A stretch of DNA of 64,000 nt from the human T2T-CHM13v2.0 reference genome, Homo sapiens: NCBI RefSeq assembly GCF_009914755.1, contig NC_060925.1, one strand, 5' to 3'. A program made the position numbers and the translations under genes. Of this stretch, positions 1-13,210 are shown piece by piece (positions within the stretch are counted from its first letter, which is position 1; each line of letters begins with the position of its first letter). Under the pieces are notes generated by a model. The model saw nothing but the letters and a program-made list of their open reading frames with translations. It was not told the origin of the DNA and searched no databases.

Positions 1-164
1 GGGAGTATGGGGGTGGTCATATTAGGGGATGGCAACCAGGGCTGCCCTTCCTGGGATCACTGAATCAGCCCTTTCTTCTGGATCTCAGAGTTACAGCAGT
101 TCACGGATCCTTGCCTAATTATTTTCTTACTGAAACTGATTTTTGCTTTTGACCTCCCAAATTA

Positions 165-312
165 AGTCTAGTAACTCCTCCAGGGGAGGTACCATGTTTT
201 ACTCACCTCTGTGCGGTGTATACAGGGCCTGGCACAGGGCTCAGCATATAGTCAGCGGCTACTCAATGATAGGATATTAATCATGATTGATTAATAGATG
301 AATTAATAAATA
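165..312 (+). mobile_element. L2 LINE 3' end remnant
   Basis: cctggcacag...catatagtc...actcaat followed by a degenerate (tgaa)n-like tail, resembling the L2 3' terminus. Confidence 0.55.
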
Positions 313-1324
313 AAGAAGTTAATTGACTGGATATTTGGGAAGAGAAGCCTTGAATATGTAGCCTCATTCTTCATATAAAACAAGGATGGAAACAGAAGGG
401 GAAGATAAGGGAACTGTAAACAGAGAGGATTCTGGAAAGGAAAAATGGTACCCAGCAAAAGCCGGAACTAGCAGCAGCCTACGGTGGCCCAACCACGAGC
501 AGGCCAATTGTCCAACTCCAGGATGCTCGGCACCAGTCCCCAATCTCCAAGCCGCCAGGCCTCCCCGGGCTCGGTGTCAGAGCCCATGCTGCTGTCGGGA
601 GCAGTCATGCGTGTTACCTCGGCAGCTCAGGCCTCACGGAGCTGTGCCAATTTACCTTCTGCTACAAGGGCCAAGTCACTTCATCCAGCAACTCTGCAGA
701 CCCCTGTCCCCTCTCTGACATTTGGGGGATGGCAGCTCCTCGCCTGTAGCAAATAGTTTCAAAGAAAAATGCAAAAGCAATCCCCTTTCTTCTGGCTAAG
801 AGAGTCCCCCAGTGTGTCAGGTTTACTACTGAGGCATCAGTTATGAACAGTTTCTGTCTATGTTTCTGTAGTCCTGTAGGGTTCCCTGCTTTCTCTTAGG
901 GACACCGCACAGGCCCACGCTCAGCCCTGGGCAGCCTGGGCCCACCTCCATAATGCTGAGCGACGGTGCACCTTTCCCCAGGTGCTGCTTGTGCAGTTCC
1001 TTGTGCTTTGAGAAACCCTCATGTCATCTGGGGCTGAGCAGAGGACACACAGCCACAGTTCATTCTCACTTGTTTTGGTTCAGCTTTAGATGCTGTTGTT
1101 CCTCTCTCTGTTCTGGGCAGTTCAGGACTTAAGGTTGTTAAAGGCTTCTGAGATGTGAGGTCAGTTCCTCTGTGGGTGATGTATTCCCAGCTTTTCAAGG
1201 CCCACAGAGGCACACTCTGCCACTGTCCTTGAGTAAGCGAGAGGACCCTCCAGATGCCACGTGGGAACCGTGATCACGGCATCTTCACCTGTTTTTGGAG
1301 ACAGGTGATTAGTGGTGAAGAACC

Positions 1325-1520
1325 CTGTGGATTCAACTCATGTCTCTGCAACTTACCAGTTGGGTGTCCTTCAACAAGTTATTATTTTCTCTGTGCCTCA
1401 ATTTTCTCATCTGAGAAATAGGAGTGAGGATGGTGCCCACTTCGTAGGGTTGCTGTGAGTCAGATGAGTTAACATACAACATGCTAGAGACACTAGTGCT
1501 TCATGTTAGCAATTATTACA
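1325..1520 (+). mobile_element. MIR SINE
   Basis: MIR core ctctgtgcctcaattttctcatctgagaaatagg...tagggttgctgtgag. Confidence 0.8.
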
Positions 1521-1579
1521 ATCCCCAGGTCGTACAGTCTTGGGGACCCAGCCTTAATCTTCAGTGTTGACTGCTTATG

Positions 1580-1770
1580 GGAAATACTGGCTCTGCCTCT
1601 CGCTAGCTGTGTGATCCTGGAGAGAACACAGCTGCTCTGCATCTCGGTTTTCTTACCAGAAAATGCAACAATACCTATAGCTACAGAGTTGCTATGCAAA
1701 TCAAATGAAGTCCTACAGATGAAAATGCTCCGTGAAGAGCTTAAAGCCATACAAATGCTAAGTGATGGGG
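1580..1770 (+). mobile_element. MIR-family SINE (diverged)
   Basis: tagctgtgtgatcctgg...ctcggttttctt...aaaatg...agagttgctatg...aaatga matches the MIR core layout. Confidence 0.6.
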
Positions 1771-2583
1771 TAATACTGTCTAGAACGGATGACTGAGCTG
1801 TTCTTTCTTTAAAAACATCTTTCCTGGGGGAGGGATTCCAGAATTTGCCCTTGCTGCATGCTGCCTGGATGGCGAATAAGTTCTTTATGTTGCTTTAACG
1901 GAATTTCTCCCATTTGGTCCTATGAAAGCACAAGCAAAAATTAGTCCTCACCAGCTCACAAGACAAGGAAGTGGAAAAGGCCAGGCCAGAGGGCATGTGG
2001 GCCGATGCAAGTCCAGGTTTCCAAGTTAAGTACCCACATCCCTGGTGCAAGCTGCTGAATATCTTCTTGATGAGATCTCCTCATCATTAAAGTGAGAACA
2101 GTAAGCATATCCTTGCTCATTCATTTGTTCATCACCTGCTTATCACAGCCTCTTCTGCCGTCAGCGCTGTACAGGGCACAGAGTGTGGACAGATCTGACA
2201 AGATGCTCACCAAGAAAGGTGACAGGGTCTGCTCCAGAGGAAACCCTGCAGGTCCTTTGAATGCTAGTCACATCATCTGCTTTAGAAGTCTCTCTGCTGC
2301 TTTTTCATAAAGCACCCACAAATTAAATTGCTCAGATAGCACATTTATGGACATCATAAACCCACCACTACAGACAGGCCCAAGCAACATACAAGCACCA
2401 AAAGTTACCCAGGACTTTGCAAATGCCATTTCTAACTTTTGTTTTCATTCTTGCATTTTACTTTATCGGTGCCTGCTCATTGGTTAAATCTCAAACTGAT
2501 GAGCTCTGAACCCAGCAAGAAATCTCTGATTTCAGTGCTCTCTCCAAGCCCCTGTACACCTCCCCACAAAGAACAAACCACTC

Positions 2584-3338
<755 letters not shown>

Positions 3339-4149
3339 TAATCAGCAAACCCGGGGGGAGTGAGATCCCTCTGGAAATCCTACCATCCCCACTCCCTGGC
3401 TTCCCATAACCAGAGGCTGAAGCAGATGGACAGCACGGGCTGTGGTTAGTGCTTCGCCTTCTGCCCCCCCGCCGCCTCCCCACCCACTCACGGTGCCCTG
3501 AAAGTGAGTCTGAAAAACACCCAGGCTCAACACTTAGCAGAGTGAGGAGGCCTTCCTGGCTGGACATGCTGTGCCTGGAGGTCAAGCCCTCAAAGGTGCT
3601 TGTTTCACTGGCCAGCAGCAAGCACCACTCCTGGCCGTTTTACTGGGTGGCAGGTGTGTGGGGGCCAGTCATTCACCAATCGCACAGAGTGCTAGATGCT
3701 TCCGTAGACGATAAACTGTGGAGAGAAAACAGAATATACAGAACTTGGTTGGAAAAAACGAGCAGCAGGGGAAAAATAACTAAAGCAAAAAAGGAGTGGA
3801 GAGGGTAGCCTTTCCAAAAGTAAATAAAAAGTAGTAAAATCAATCTTGACTGTGATGAGAGGAAACGCCTTCATTTGGACACTGCTATCAACACTGCAGT
3901 ATCAGGGTTTGGGTTCTGTTTTTTGAAGAACAAGTGATAGTATGTAATAAGGGACTGTGAAAGTTTATATTTTTTGACCTGGTAATTGAACCTCTAAGAC
4001 CATAACCCAGAGAAGTAATGCAAAAAAAAAAAAAAAAAAAAAAAGGGACAGGCCTTAACTAAAAATGAAATAAATGAAATAAAATATATATAAAATTTCA
4101 TCTTGGGGTGAAATTATAGCTATATGTATATAAATATTCAGCCCAAATA

Positions 4150-4345
4150 CTCAGAGGACTTTGGGGCAGTGGAGGTACTGTGTATGACACTATAAAAGTG
4201 GATACGTGTGATTACAAATGTGTCCAAACTTATTGAATCTACAGCATCAAGACTGAACCCTAATGTAAACTATGGATTCTGGGTGGTGATGTATCAATGT
4301 CAGTTCATCGATTGCAACAAATGTACCATTCTGGTCTGGAATGTA
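4150..4345 (+). mobile_element. L1MC-type LINE-1 3' UTR fragment
   Basis: gaaccctaatgtaaactatggattctgggtg...atgtcagttcatcgattgcaacaaatgtaccattctggt is characteristic of L1MC 3' ends. Confidence 0.75.
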
Positions 4346-4569
4346 GCCATCTTGGGCTGAAATTATAGATATAGATGCAGAAACATAGAAATTCGGCCTT
4401 AATATATCCAGGAATAGTGGAATGACCAAGCCAAGATCTCAGTACAGTGACCTATTCTATGGCCACTTAAGAGGTAAGAATGGTGTTTATGCGAATACAT
4501 GGAGGTGTATTATGGATCCGATAAGATGCTCACTGAGGAAGGTGACAGGGTCTATACATATACATATGA

Positions 4570-4730
4570 GTGTGTGTGTGTGTGTGTGTGTGTATACACC
4601 TCCATATATTAGCATAAACATCATTCTTATCTCTTATCTCTGTATATTTATATATACACATACACACATATATACACATATATATACGCACATACATATA
4701 TTCACATACACTTACGTATATATAAATCAT
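4570..4730. repeat. (GT)n microsatellite followed by TA/CA-rich low-complexity tract
   Basis: Direct read: GT run at about 4570-4593; tatacaca-type repeats at 4645-4725. Confidence 0.9.
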
Positions 4731-7104
4731 ATTATGTGGACGAAGCAGAATGCAATATAGTGTGCACACATTGATGTAAAAATGTGTAAGTGTGCAATTT
4801 CAAGGCTTGGAGAGAAATCTGGAATGAAGTAAATAATTAAAATCTTGACGTTCCATTTTTTTCCGTCAAATACTTAAGGGCACAATAAAAAAATTGAATT
4901 TAAAAAGAGGAGTGAGAATGTGGCACAGTCCAGGAGAACTTGGAGGGTCCAGAAAGCGATTCAGAGAAACAAAACTAAAACTCCAATGCGCCTGGAGCCG
5001 GAATGGGAATCGCTAATCTCACAGTCTCCTCCTGCCCTGCCCCACCCTCCTGGCCTCCACCCCACTCACTGTCAGCCCGCCGAGGCTGCCTCCTCTTCTT
5101 TTTAAAGGTTTTGCATTTCTAATTTCTGCCTTTTTTCCTCTCAGGTTAGGAAGAGCGAATGCCAGGAGAAAAGGCCCTTTCTAAGTTCTTCCCTGCCTGC
5201 CTTTCCCAGGTCCCCTCCACACAGGGCAGTCGCCCATGACGAGGGCTCCAGAGCTTTCCAAGTGCTCTGAGTCCACGTTTTGTGGCCCGAGCTCTTTCAG
5301 GGCGAGTGTGTGAAGGGAGAGAAGGCACACTCCACAGCCCCAGAGTCCAGATTTGCCACTGGCAGCAGGTCTTAGGACCCCAGATCCAACAATGGGCTCC
5401 CCTGGTCCAGCCGCAAAACATTTATAACTTCTCCAAGCAGTCCTCTGGCAGAGAAAGCACACCGTGAGCTCAGGAAGCTAATGACCTTGAAACTATCCAT
5501 TTATCTTGGCCTTTCCCCCTCCGTGTGAAATGCCACAAAAAGTGCCAGTCCCTCTCCTTCTCTCCGAAGAAGGATGAGGAGAGCCAGAAAGCCATGCTTC
5601 TCCCTTGCTTTTCCTCCTGGGCCAGGCCCAGAGTTGGAATACCAATGGGAACCAGCGGGGAGAGGAAATCATTCTTGATCATCCAGGCTGCCTCGCTGAA
5701 TCCTCCACGAAGGGGAGAGGGCTCACCTGACTTCGGCTTCAAAGCTTAATGTTTGTCAGCTTCTCCATAAATCTTCATAAGTAGACAATGCTGATTCCTA
5801 ACAAACCTCCTGCTTACAGCCAGAGACTGGCGACAACTCTCCCAACTCGAGCTGCGTTGGCAGCCAGTGGTGGCCAACACAGCTCCCAGCTACCTCCGCC
5901 CTCCCACCAAGGGGAGGAGGACGGCGGCCACCCTGAGGAATTTGAGCTTCTGAAATCAATCGCTCTTCTCAGTGACCCAGCATCTGCTTCGGTGACTGCC
6001 CTCACCCTGGCACAGGGACATCGGCTTCCCGCTGGGCCTCGCTGAAGCCAAGAGCTGGCACAGTAAGACTCCCCTTTGTTTATGGCGTGGGCCACTTGGG
6101 TGTGAGATGTTTCCTCTCCTCTTTCCTGCAACACTCAATTGTATTTGGGTTAAACAACAAATTCATGGTCTGTGGCTGGGTTGAGAAGGCAACTGTCTCA
6201 AGCCTGGAATACAAACAAACAAACAAGACCAAAATCAACAAAGAAAAATCAAGTTGCTGTATGTTTGAAAAAAGCAAAGCTGGTTTTAGGATAAGGAAAC
6301 TCATCTTCCCGAATTCCTGCATCCTTCATTTTATGAGACCATTTTCTTGACAACGTTTCTTTGTCTTTTACTCCCATCAAATCCACATTTCTCTCCTTTA
6401 GGGGAACCCTACCAGGACATGTATGTTCTTCCCATATCAGAACCCACCAAGGTTCCTGTATCTTTTGGCTTTTTGAACCTCCTTTCCAATGCCTCCCAGA
6501 AAGGACATTTGGGCAAAACATCTTGAGGAGGGAAGACAAGAACTAGGGACTGATATCATGGTCTGCCATTCGAATTGCTGATGTGTGGCTCTCTTTCTCT
6601 CTCCAGAGTGGTTTTTTATTGTTGTGGTGGTGGTTGCTATTTCCCAAGTCTGGCTTTAAGGATAAAAATATATTATTTTCAGGTAAATCAAGAATAGTTG
6701 CATTTAACGTTCCCAGGCTGCCTTGGATACATGAAAAGGTAGGTTCATTTGTTTGCTACTGTATTAATGTGTGAAATGGTTCAATTAATCCTTCCGTATG
6801 ATGTCTGAATAGGTTATTAGAAGGTGCTTAGAGATTTGGCAGGCTAAGCCCCATCTTTCTTTCAAGATGCTAAGAAAATGAATGTAAATGCAGAAAACAC
6901 TGTATGTGGGGCATCTGCTGTCCAACTTTATAATTTGAATGTCAGGGTAATATTTAGGAAAAGTTAACCACAAGAACAAGGACACGAGATTCTCGCTGGA
7001 TTGATTCTTCTGCTGAACCCCCATTTAGTCACGTTTGATCCTAAGGGACTTAAGACTTGATCACCTTCCAGTTTCCCAACCTTTTGTCTTAGTTAAGGCC
7101 CTTT

Positions 7105-7450
7105 TGTCTTCTGTCTAACAAAAAGCAACTTGACCTAGTTTGAACCAAGAACGGAATTTATTAAAAAGTTACTAAGGTATCTCACAGAACCCAAAGGCAG
7201 TGGGGTATCTCCAGGAGCACAGAACGGGAACTGGAAGGATACTGGGAGTCTGGGCTGTGCTCTTGCTCTGTTTTCTCTTTGTGTTTCCTGTTTATTATTT
7301 ATTTATTTATTTACTCTTCTCTGAAGGTCGGTTTTCTCTGCTGATGCTTTCATATGGGGGAAGATGGTAAACCCAGCTCCTAAGTTTTAAAATGTCCCTG
7401 AATTCCATCCCACGTGGAGAAAATGGCCGCCTCCCACTTAGAATTTCACC
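7105..7450 (-). mobile_element. Old MLT1-type (ERVL-MaLR) LTR fragment
   Basis: aacaaaaagcaacttgacctagtttgaaccaagaacggaatttatt resembles the antisense 3' end of old MLT1 LTRs. Confidence 0.45.
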
Positions 7451-7848
7451 TTGGCAGTCGTACATTTAACATACCTGAGCTCTTTCTCGTTGCCTCATTT
7501 GCACCATTTGTCTCTTTGCCTTGTTCCTTTCTCAATGTACCCTGTTCTTGTTATATGAATTTGTTCTCACCTCTCACTCTCACTTAGGGTACTAATTAGA
7601 TATTTGTGCTTTTTATTTATTTGCTTTTCAATTTTCTCTTGTGTTCCCTTAATTATCTTCTTTGTTTCAGGGTCAGTTTATTGTGTTTCATTCTGTTTTG
7701 CTTTGTTTTCTTGCTATTCATTTTATTCTGAGGTCTGGTTCGCTTTGTTTTTCCATTCATAATTCAGCATAGGAGAGCAGCTTGGCTTGTTTCTAGATAA
7801 CTAGGAGGGTTTTCCTTGTTGTTTTACGTGTATGTCAGTTTTCCTGCT

Positions 7849-8273
7849 GGATATGGTTCAGATCTGTGTCCCTGCTCAAATCTCATGCCAAATTGTAATT
7901 CCCAGTGTTGGAGGTGGGTCCTTGTGGGAGGTGATTGGATCACGGGGGCAGTTTCTTATGGTTTGACACCATCCCCTTGGTGCTGTGGTCATGATACTGA
8001 GTTCTCATGAGATCTGGTTGTTTAAAAGTGCATGGCACCTCCCTGACCTCTCTTCCTCCTTCTCCAACCATGTGAAGTGCCAGCTTCCCCTTCACCCTCC
8101 ACCATGATTGTAAGTTTCCTGAGGCCTCCCTAGAAGCTTAGCAGATGCCAGCTTTATGCTTCTTGTACAGCCTGTGAACCATGAGCCAATTAAACCTCTT
8201 TTCTTCATAAATTACCCAGTCTCAGGTATTTCTTCACCTGAGGACAGATTACCTGTTAGGACAGACTAATACA
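7849..8273 (+). mobile_element. MSTA-like solo LTR (ERVL-MaLR)
   Basis: gatatggtt...aattaaacctcttttcttcataaattacccagtctcagg...gactaataca; 5-bp TSD ctgct at 7844-7848 and 8274-8278. Confidence 0.92.
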
Positions 8274-8789
8274 CTGCTCTTTCATAAAAATAATGTTTGA
8301 CTGGGAAATTTGTAGATGTGAGCAGGGCTCAACAAATGGCAGATTTCACTTCAGAATAAACAAAGGAGGAGTTTCCAGGTGGGATACCAGATTTGGGGCT
8401 GGGAGGGCCCCACATGCGAGAATGAAGAGGTCTTTATTCTGAGACACTGACATCTGCCCTAGCAGTCCTAGTTCTCTTTAAGCTGGATCCTCTTTTGTTT
8501 TGCTTGTAGGTAAAGAACAGGGCTGCCTTCCTAGGAATAGTGGAGAGGACAGGAGAGGGACGCATGGAGGAACAATGGATGCAGTCATTTAGAAAGTAGA
8601 ATTTTGTACCTACCAACCACCAACCGAGCTTGGAGACTTTCCAGGGATTCTGTTGGGCAAGTTGGCCTTTCTGTTGAAGTAGCCTCTTGGGCTGTCTGGG
8701 CTGATTATTCCCCACACTGTTTTGTTTGTCAGTAGGTTCCCAAAAATGTGTTGAAATATCTTGCTTGATAATGATTGTCTTCTGTATTT

Positions 8790-9070
8790 GTGGATTTATT
8801 CCTTTATACTCTATTGGAGTCTCGGAAGAGGAGAAACAATTACTTGCTCTCTTCTGACATCTCGAACAGGAAATTACTGAATCCCAATTTCACATTCCAA
8901 AAGAGAGGGAATCTGATTGGCCCACTTCAGATGACGGGTTCACCCCCGTGTAAAAAACTGGTGATGGGAGGGCGTCATGGTTGCTAAAGGCAACCGTGTC
9001 ATGGGAGCAATTCTCAGGGAGGGGGTCACAGTGAGCTAGAGAGACCACCCGAAAGCAGCCACTAACTACA
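8790..9070 (-). mobile_element. Old MLT1-type LTR fragment ending inside the first VNTR unit
   Basis: gagagggaatctgattggccc motif and terminal ...actaca resemble antisense MLT1K/M/N LTRs. Confidence 0.45.
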
Positions 9071-9290
9071 CCATGAGTTTCAAGGGTTTGGAGACCACCC
9101 GAAAGCAGCCGCTAACTACACCATGAGTTTCAAGGGTTTGGAGACCACCCAAAAGCAGCCACTAACTACACCATGAGTTTCAAGGGTTTGGAGACCACCC
9201 GAAAGCAGCCACTAACTACACCATGAGTTTCAAGGGTTTGGAGACCACCCGAAAGCAGCCACTAACTACACCATGAGTTTCAAGGGTTTG
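9041..9290. repeat. Minisatellite, 5 x 50-bp units
   Basis: gagaccacccgaaagcagccactaactacaccatgagtttcaagggtttg at 9041, 9091, 9141, 9191 and 9241; only two substitutions in the array (9111 A>G, 9151 G>A). Confidence 0.99.
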
Positions 9291-9395
9291 GATATTTCTG
9301 TTACGTTTGTGACCTGTCTCTTTTTTCCCTGCTTCATTCTGACAGAGCCCAATTCCATGTAACACTCTCACTGTATCCTAAAGCAGAAAGAGGTC

Positions 9396-9626
9396 CAGTA
9401 GTGAGCTGGTAAATGTTTAACAGCAGGCTCACGGGGGGTGGGGGGGGGGGGCGGGGGGGGCGGGGCATTGAAATTACTGATTTGCAGCATTTGCTGATTT
9501 ACGTGGTGTAAATAATCCCACTGTGGTGGGTTTCCAGCTACATGCATGGCATCATTGAACTTGGATTTTAGAAGAGATGCACAAAATTGACTAGACAGTG
9601 TGTAAGCCACCACCAGCACACCACTG
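9396..9626. mobile_element. MER63-like hAT DNA transposon (non-autonomous)
   Basis: Imperfect terminal inverted repeats cagtagtgagctgg / ccagcacaccactg; internal taaatgtttaaca and tgatttgcagcatttgctgattt. Confidence 0.8.
9433..9465 (+). repeat. G-tract G6-T-G12-C-G8-C-G4 (G-quadruplex-capable)
   Basis: Direct read. Confidence 0.9.
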
Positions 9627-9669
9627 ACTATTATACATCCTAGCTAAAGTACCATTAACCCACAAAATT

Positions 9670-10020
9670 GGTTGAATTTATTAAGATTCTTTGGCTACAA
9701 AGAACAAAACCCAAATATAGGTAGATTAAGCAAAAAGAGAAATTTATTAGTAAGAGCCTGGGACATATCATGGAATCCAGGGAAGAACCGGATGACCATG
9801 ACTTGGGAAGCACCGATGGCTGCTTTTGGTGACCTCAAAAGCATCATTGTCTGGACCTTGTCTTTAGAGTTTCACCATTTATGTGACTTGAATCCTGTTC
9901 CCAGTCTCCGACTAGCGAAATTCCTGAGAGAGAATCTGATTGCTCTCAAGTTAGGTGTCCTCGCCTGGTGAAATCCAGCTCTAACCTGAGGTCAGTGACA
10001 TTTAGCAAAAGCATGACTTC
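9670..10020 (-). mobile_element. Old MLT1-type LTR fragment
   Basis: ttctttggctacaaagaacaaaacccaaat...taagcaaaaagagaaatttatt and gagagaatctgattg motifs. Confidence 0.45.
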
Positions 10021-10029
10021 CAGAGGCAA

Positions 10030-10205
10030 GATCTGCTTCATCATTGGTAAGGTTTGATGCAAAACGAAAACGTGGGGCTCCTTGTTTAAAAGCTATTAAG
10101 TACTTTGGAGTGACACAACACAGCATTAAACCAAGTGCAGAGGGCCCTTATGAGCACAGGGCCCTGTGTGACTGCCCAGGTCACGTGGCGATGAACCTGG
10201 CCCTG
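10030..10205 (-). mobile_element. MER45-like hAT-Tip100 DNA transposon
   Basis: cagcattaaaccaagtgc...gcacagggccctgtgtgactgcccaggtcac...gaacctggccctg is antisense to the MER45 5' end. Confidence 0.7.
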
Positions 10206-10254
10206 GCTGAGGACTCATGCCTGTGGTCAAATTGTGACTTCTGTCTTGGGTTCT

Positions 10255-10545
10255 CTCTTATAAGGCAACCCATGGAGAGACCATATGGCAAGGGACTGAG
10301 GCTTGCCAACCACCACATGAGTGAGTTTGGAAGCAGATAACCCCCTTTTCCCTACCTTTACCCGATCCTGACCAGCTTTCAGATGACACTGATGGTAGCC
10401 CCAACGTCATGGGAGACCTGGATTCAGAGGCACCCAGCTACTCCATGCCTGGTTCCTGACACACAGAAACTGTGAGATAATAAATGTTTGTTTGTTTTTT
10501 TTTAAGTTTTTTAGACTAATTTGTTACCTGCAATGAATAACTTCT
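10255..10545 (+). mobile_element. MLT1D/E/F-type LTR 3' part
   Basis: cctgacacacagaaactgtgagataataaatgtttg...taatttgttac...gcaat...ataact. Confidence 0.75.
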
Positions 10546-11287
10546 ATAGCGTTATTCATTACTTCTGACTTATTGAAATGTGTTGTAATTTACACATAAG
10601 CAGTTGAGTCAGTTTATGGATTATATCACCTAGATTTAACGAAATTCACCCTCACAAAAAAAATGGACTAGCAGTTTAAAAATATTCCTGCAAAGAAACT
10701 GAAAGTTGAAGTTAAGGCTGATAATGCAAACAAAATGAACCCCGAGAAAATGCCTCTTTGTCAAATACATCTTAAGGAAAAAATACAGTGATGACTAATT
10801 AGATCTTTCAAGGTGGTGACCAAAAAAGTCAATATTTCTGAAATACAGGTGTATATCCACTTGAAATGTTAGCTAATAATGGTAGTACATGTACAAAATT
10901 TATTCACAAATATTCATCCATTTGTACATGTTAAATATTTCACTGATGAGTTGATGATTAAAAAGGTTTCGTGACTACTAAGTCCCTGCTTGGACCAGGG
11001 CAGGTGGAGAGCACCCGGTCCTCTGTTCTGGGGCCAGCTGGTTGCAGCTGCATCACTGCAAGGGAAGGCAGTGGTCAGGTGGCCCAGATGCACCCTGGAG
11101 TTAACAGTTTGGAGTGAGAGGACATTTAAAATAATCCAGAGACTGGAAAGCAATTCATGGTGATGAGGAGTAGACTCCCCACAGTCGCACATGATGGGGA
11201 CTCATTATCCTCATTAGGATGTTAAAAAGAAGAGTGATTCCAGAAGATTGGAAATCCTTGGGAGTACTCAAATTATACATGCAATGG

Positions 11288-13210
11288 TTTTTCTTTTAAT
11301 CGTATTGGAGAAAATGTAACATCCATTCAGAAAAATTAAAAAGTGCACATGTACAATGTATAGTTTAATAGATAGTAATAAAGTGAACCTATTGTACCTA
11401 CCACCCAGGTCAAGAAGTAGAAGATTGCCAGCAGGAGAAGCTCACCAGGTACCCTTTTCTAATCACATCTTTCTCCCTCTCCCATAGAAGAAACTACTGT
11501 TCTGAATTTTATGATAATCCTTCTCTGGCTTTACTTTATAGTTTTCCCACTGTGACATGTCATTGTAAACAATATGGTTTGGTTTTACTTGTTTTAAAAT
11601 TTTATATAAATGGAAATCATGTTGCATATATTATTTTGTCTTATGTCTTCTGTTCAACACAGTTTGAGAGTCATTCGCTTTGCAAATAGCTGCTTCTATT
11701 TGTATTAACAGTTGATCTTCCTTTGTAAGAATATCCAATTTATTTGTCCATTCATTGTTGGTTCAGATTTGAGTTACTATAAGCAATTCTGCCTTAAACA
11801 TCCTGGTACATATATCCTCATACACATATATGAGTTTCTCTAGGGTGTACGTAGTAGTAGAGAACTGAGTTTTAAGTGGAATAAATCTTCAACTGTAGTG
11901 GATAACGTCAAGTTGTTTTTCTAAAGCAGTTAAACTAATTTACACCATCCCCTCCACAACACTGACTGAGACTTCCCATTATTACACATCTTTGCCAATA
12001 GATTTTGGCAAATAATACTGTCAGATTTAAATTCTTGCCAATCTGATGAGTGTTATCTCTTTGTGGTATCTCCTTCTATTATCTCTTTGTGTTATCTCTA
12101 ATGTTATCTCTTTGTGGTTTTAATTTGCATTTGCTCATTACTAATAAAGTGTTTTACACATATTTACTGGCCATTTGGATTTCTTCTTTGCTAACTTGCT
12201 GGGTTTTGCACATTTTTCTATTGGATTGAGTGTTTCCCATTGGCTTGGATTAGTTCTTTACCTATTCTCAATGTATTGCAACATTTTTAACATACAACGT
12301 TTGTATCTTATCCCACCTTGCAGTTTGAGCTTTTATTATTCTTATTGTATCTTTTAATGAACACAAGTTTTTAATTTTAATGTAGTCAAATTCATGCATC
12401 TTTCATTTTTGAATCTTGAGAGATTGCATATATTTCTCATATGATAATATTTCATATTATCATCTAAAAACTTATAGCATTTTTCCTTTCACACATAGAA
12501 CTTTCATCTACCTGGATTTCATCATTGAAAAGACATTCTTTTCTCCTCTCCCCACTGACTTGCCATGGACCTCTATCATATATCAAGTGTCCTTACATGT
12601 CCTGTCCTACCTTTTCTGTCTCCTATATTCTGCTCCATTGGCCTTTTGTCTATCTCTGGGCTAATACCCTGCTATACTACAACTTTAAAAATATCTTGGT
12701 GTCTGGTAGATCAAATCCTCCTACTTCAATGTTTTTCTTCAAAAGAGTCTGAGATATTGTTTGTATTTACATAAAAATGTTATAATCAACTTGTCAAATG
12801 CTACAAAAAGTTGCTGAGATTTTCATTAGGATTAGGATACATGAGATATACAAATCTGCAAATCAATTTGGGAAAATAAGGATCTTTCCAATATTGGGTC
12901 TTCCCAATCCATGAATATAGTATTGCTCAATTTATTTAGGCTTTCTTCAATATTTCTCAATGCAGTTTAAAATTTTTTTCCATAGAAGACTTACATATCT
13001 TTAAAAATATTTATATTAGTTGCTTCCTATTTTTATATACTTTATTGTTAATTTTTGGGAACACAACTGAGTTTTCTATACTGCTATTATATCCAGCTAC
13101 CTGAATAAAACCCCTTATTAATTATTTTGGATTTCTTATGAACACAATCTTACCTTTATTTTTCTTTTCCTTGCCTTGGTGCACTATCTAGGGCCTCCAC
13201 TATCATGTTC
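11288..13210 (-). mobile_element. Ancient L1 (L1ME-type) 3' region, about 1.9 kb
   Basis: AT-rich antisense L1 signatures: ccacccaggtcaagaa, tttatataaatggaa, tgtggttttaatttgcatt, ttttaattttaatgtagtcaaatt, aatccatgaatatag. Confidence 0.85.

Noticed and set aside
5117-5145. Strong plus-strand acceptor (ctaat branch, pyrimidine tract, cag|g)
   Set aside because: No convincing downstream donor or coding frame was found.
9041-9290. CRISPR-like array
   Set aside because: The units are contiguous and identical with no unique spacers, there are no cas genes, and the DNA is primate. It is a minisatellite.
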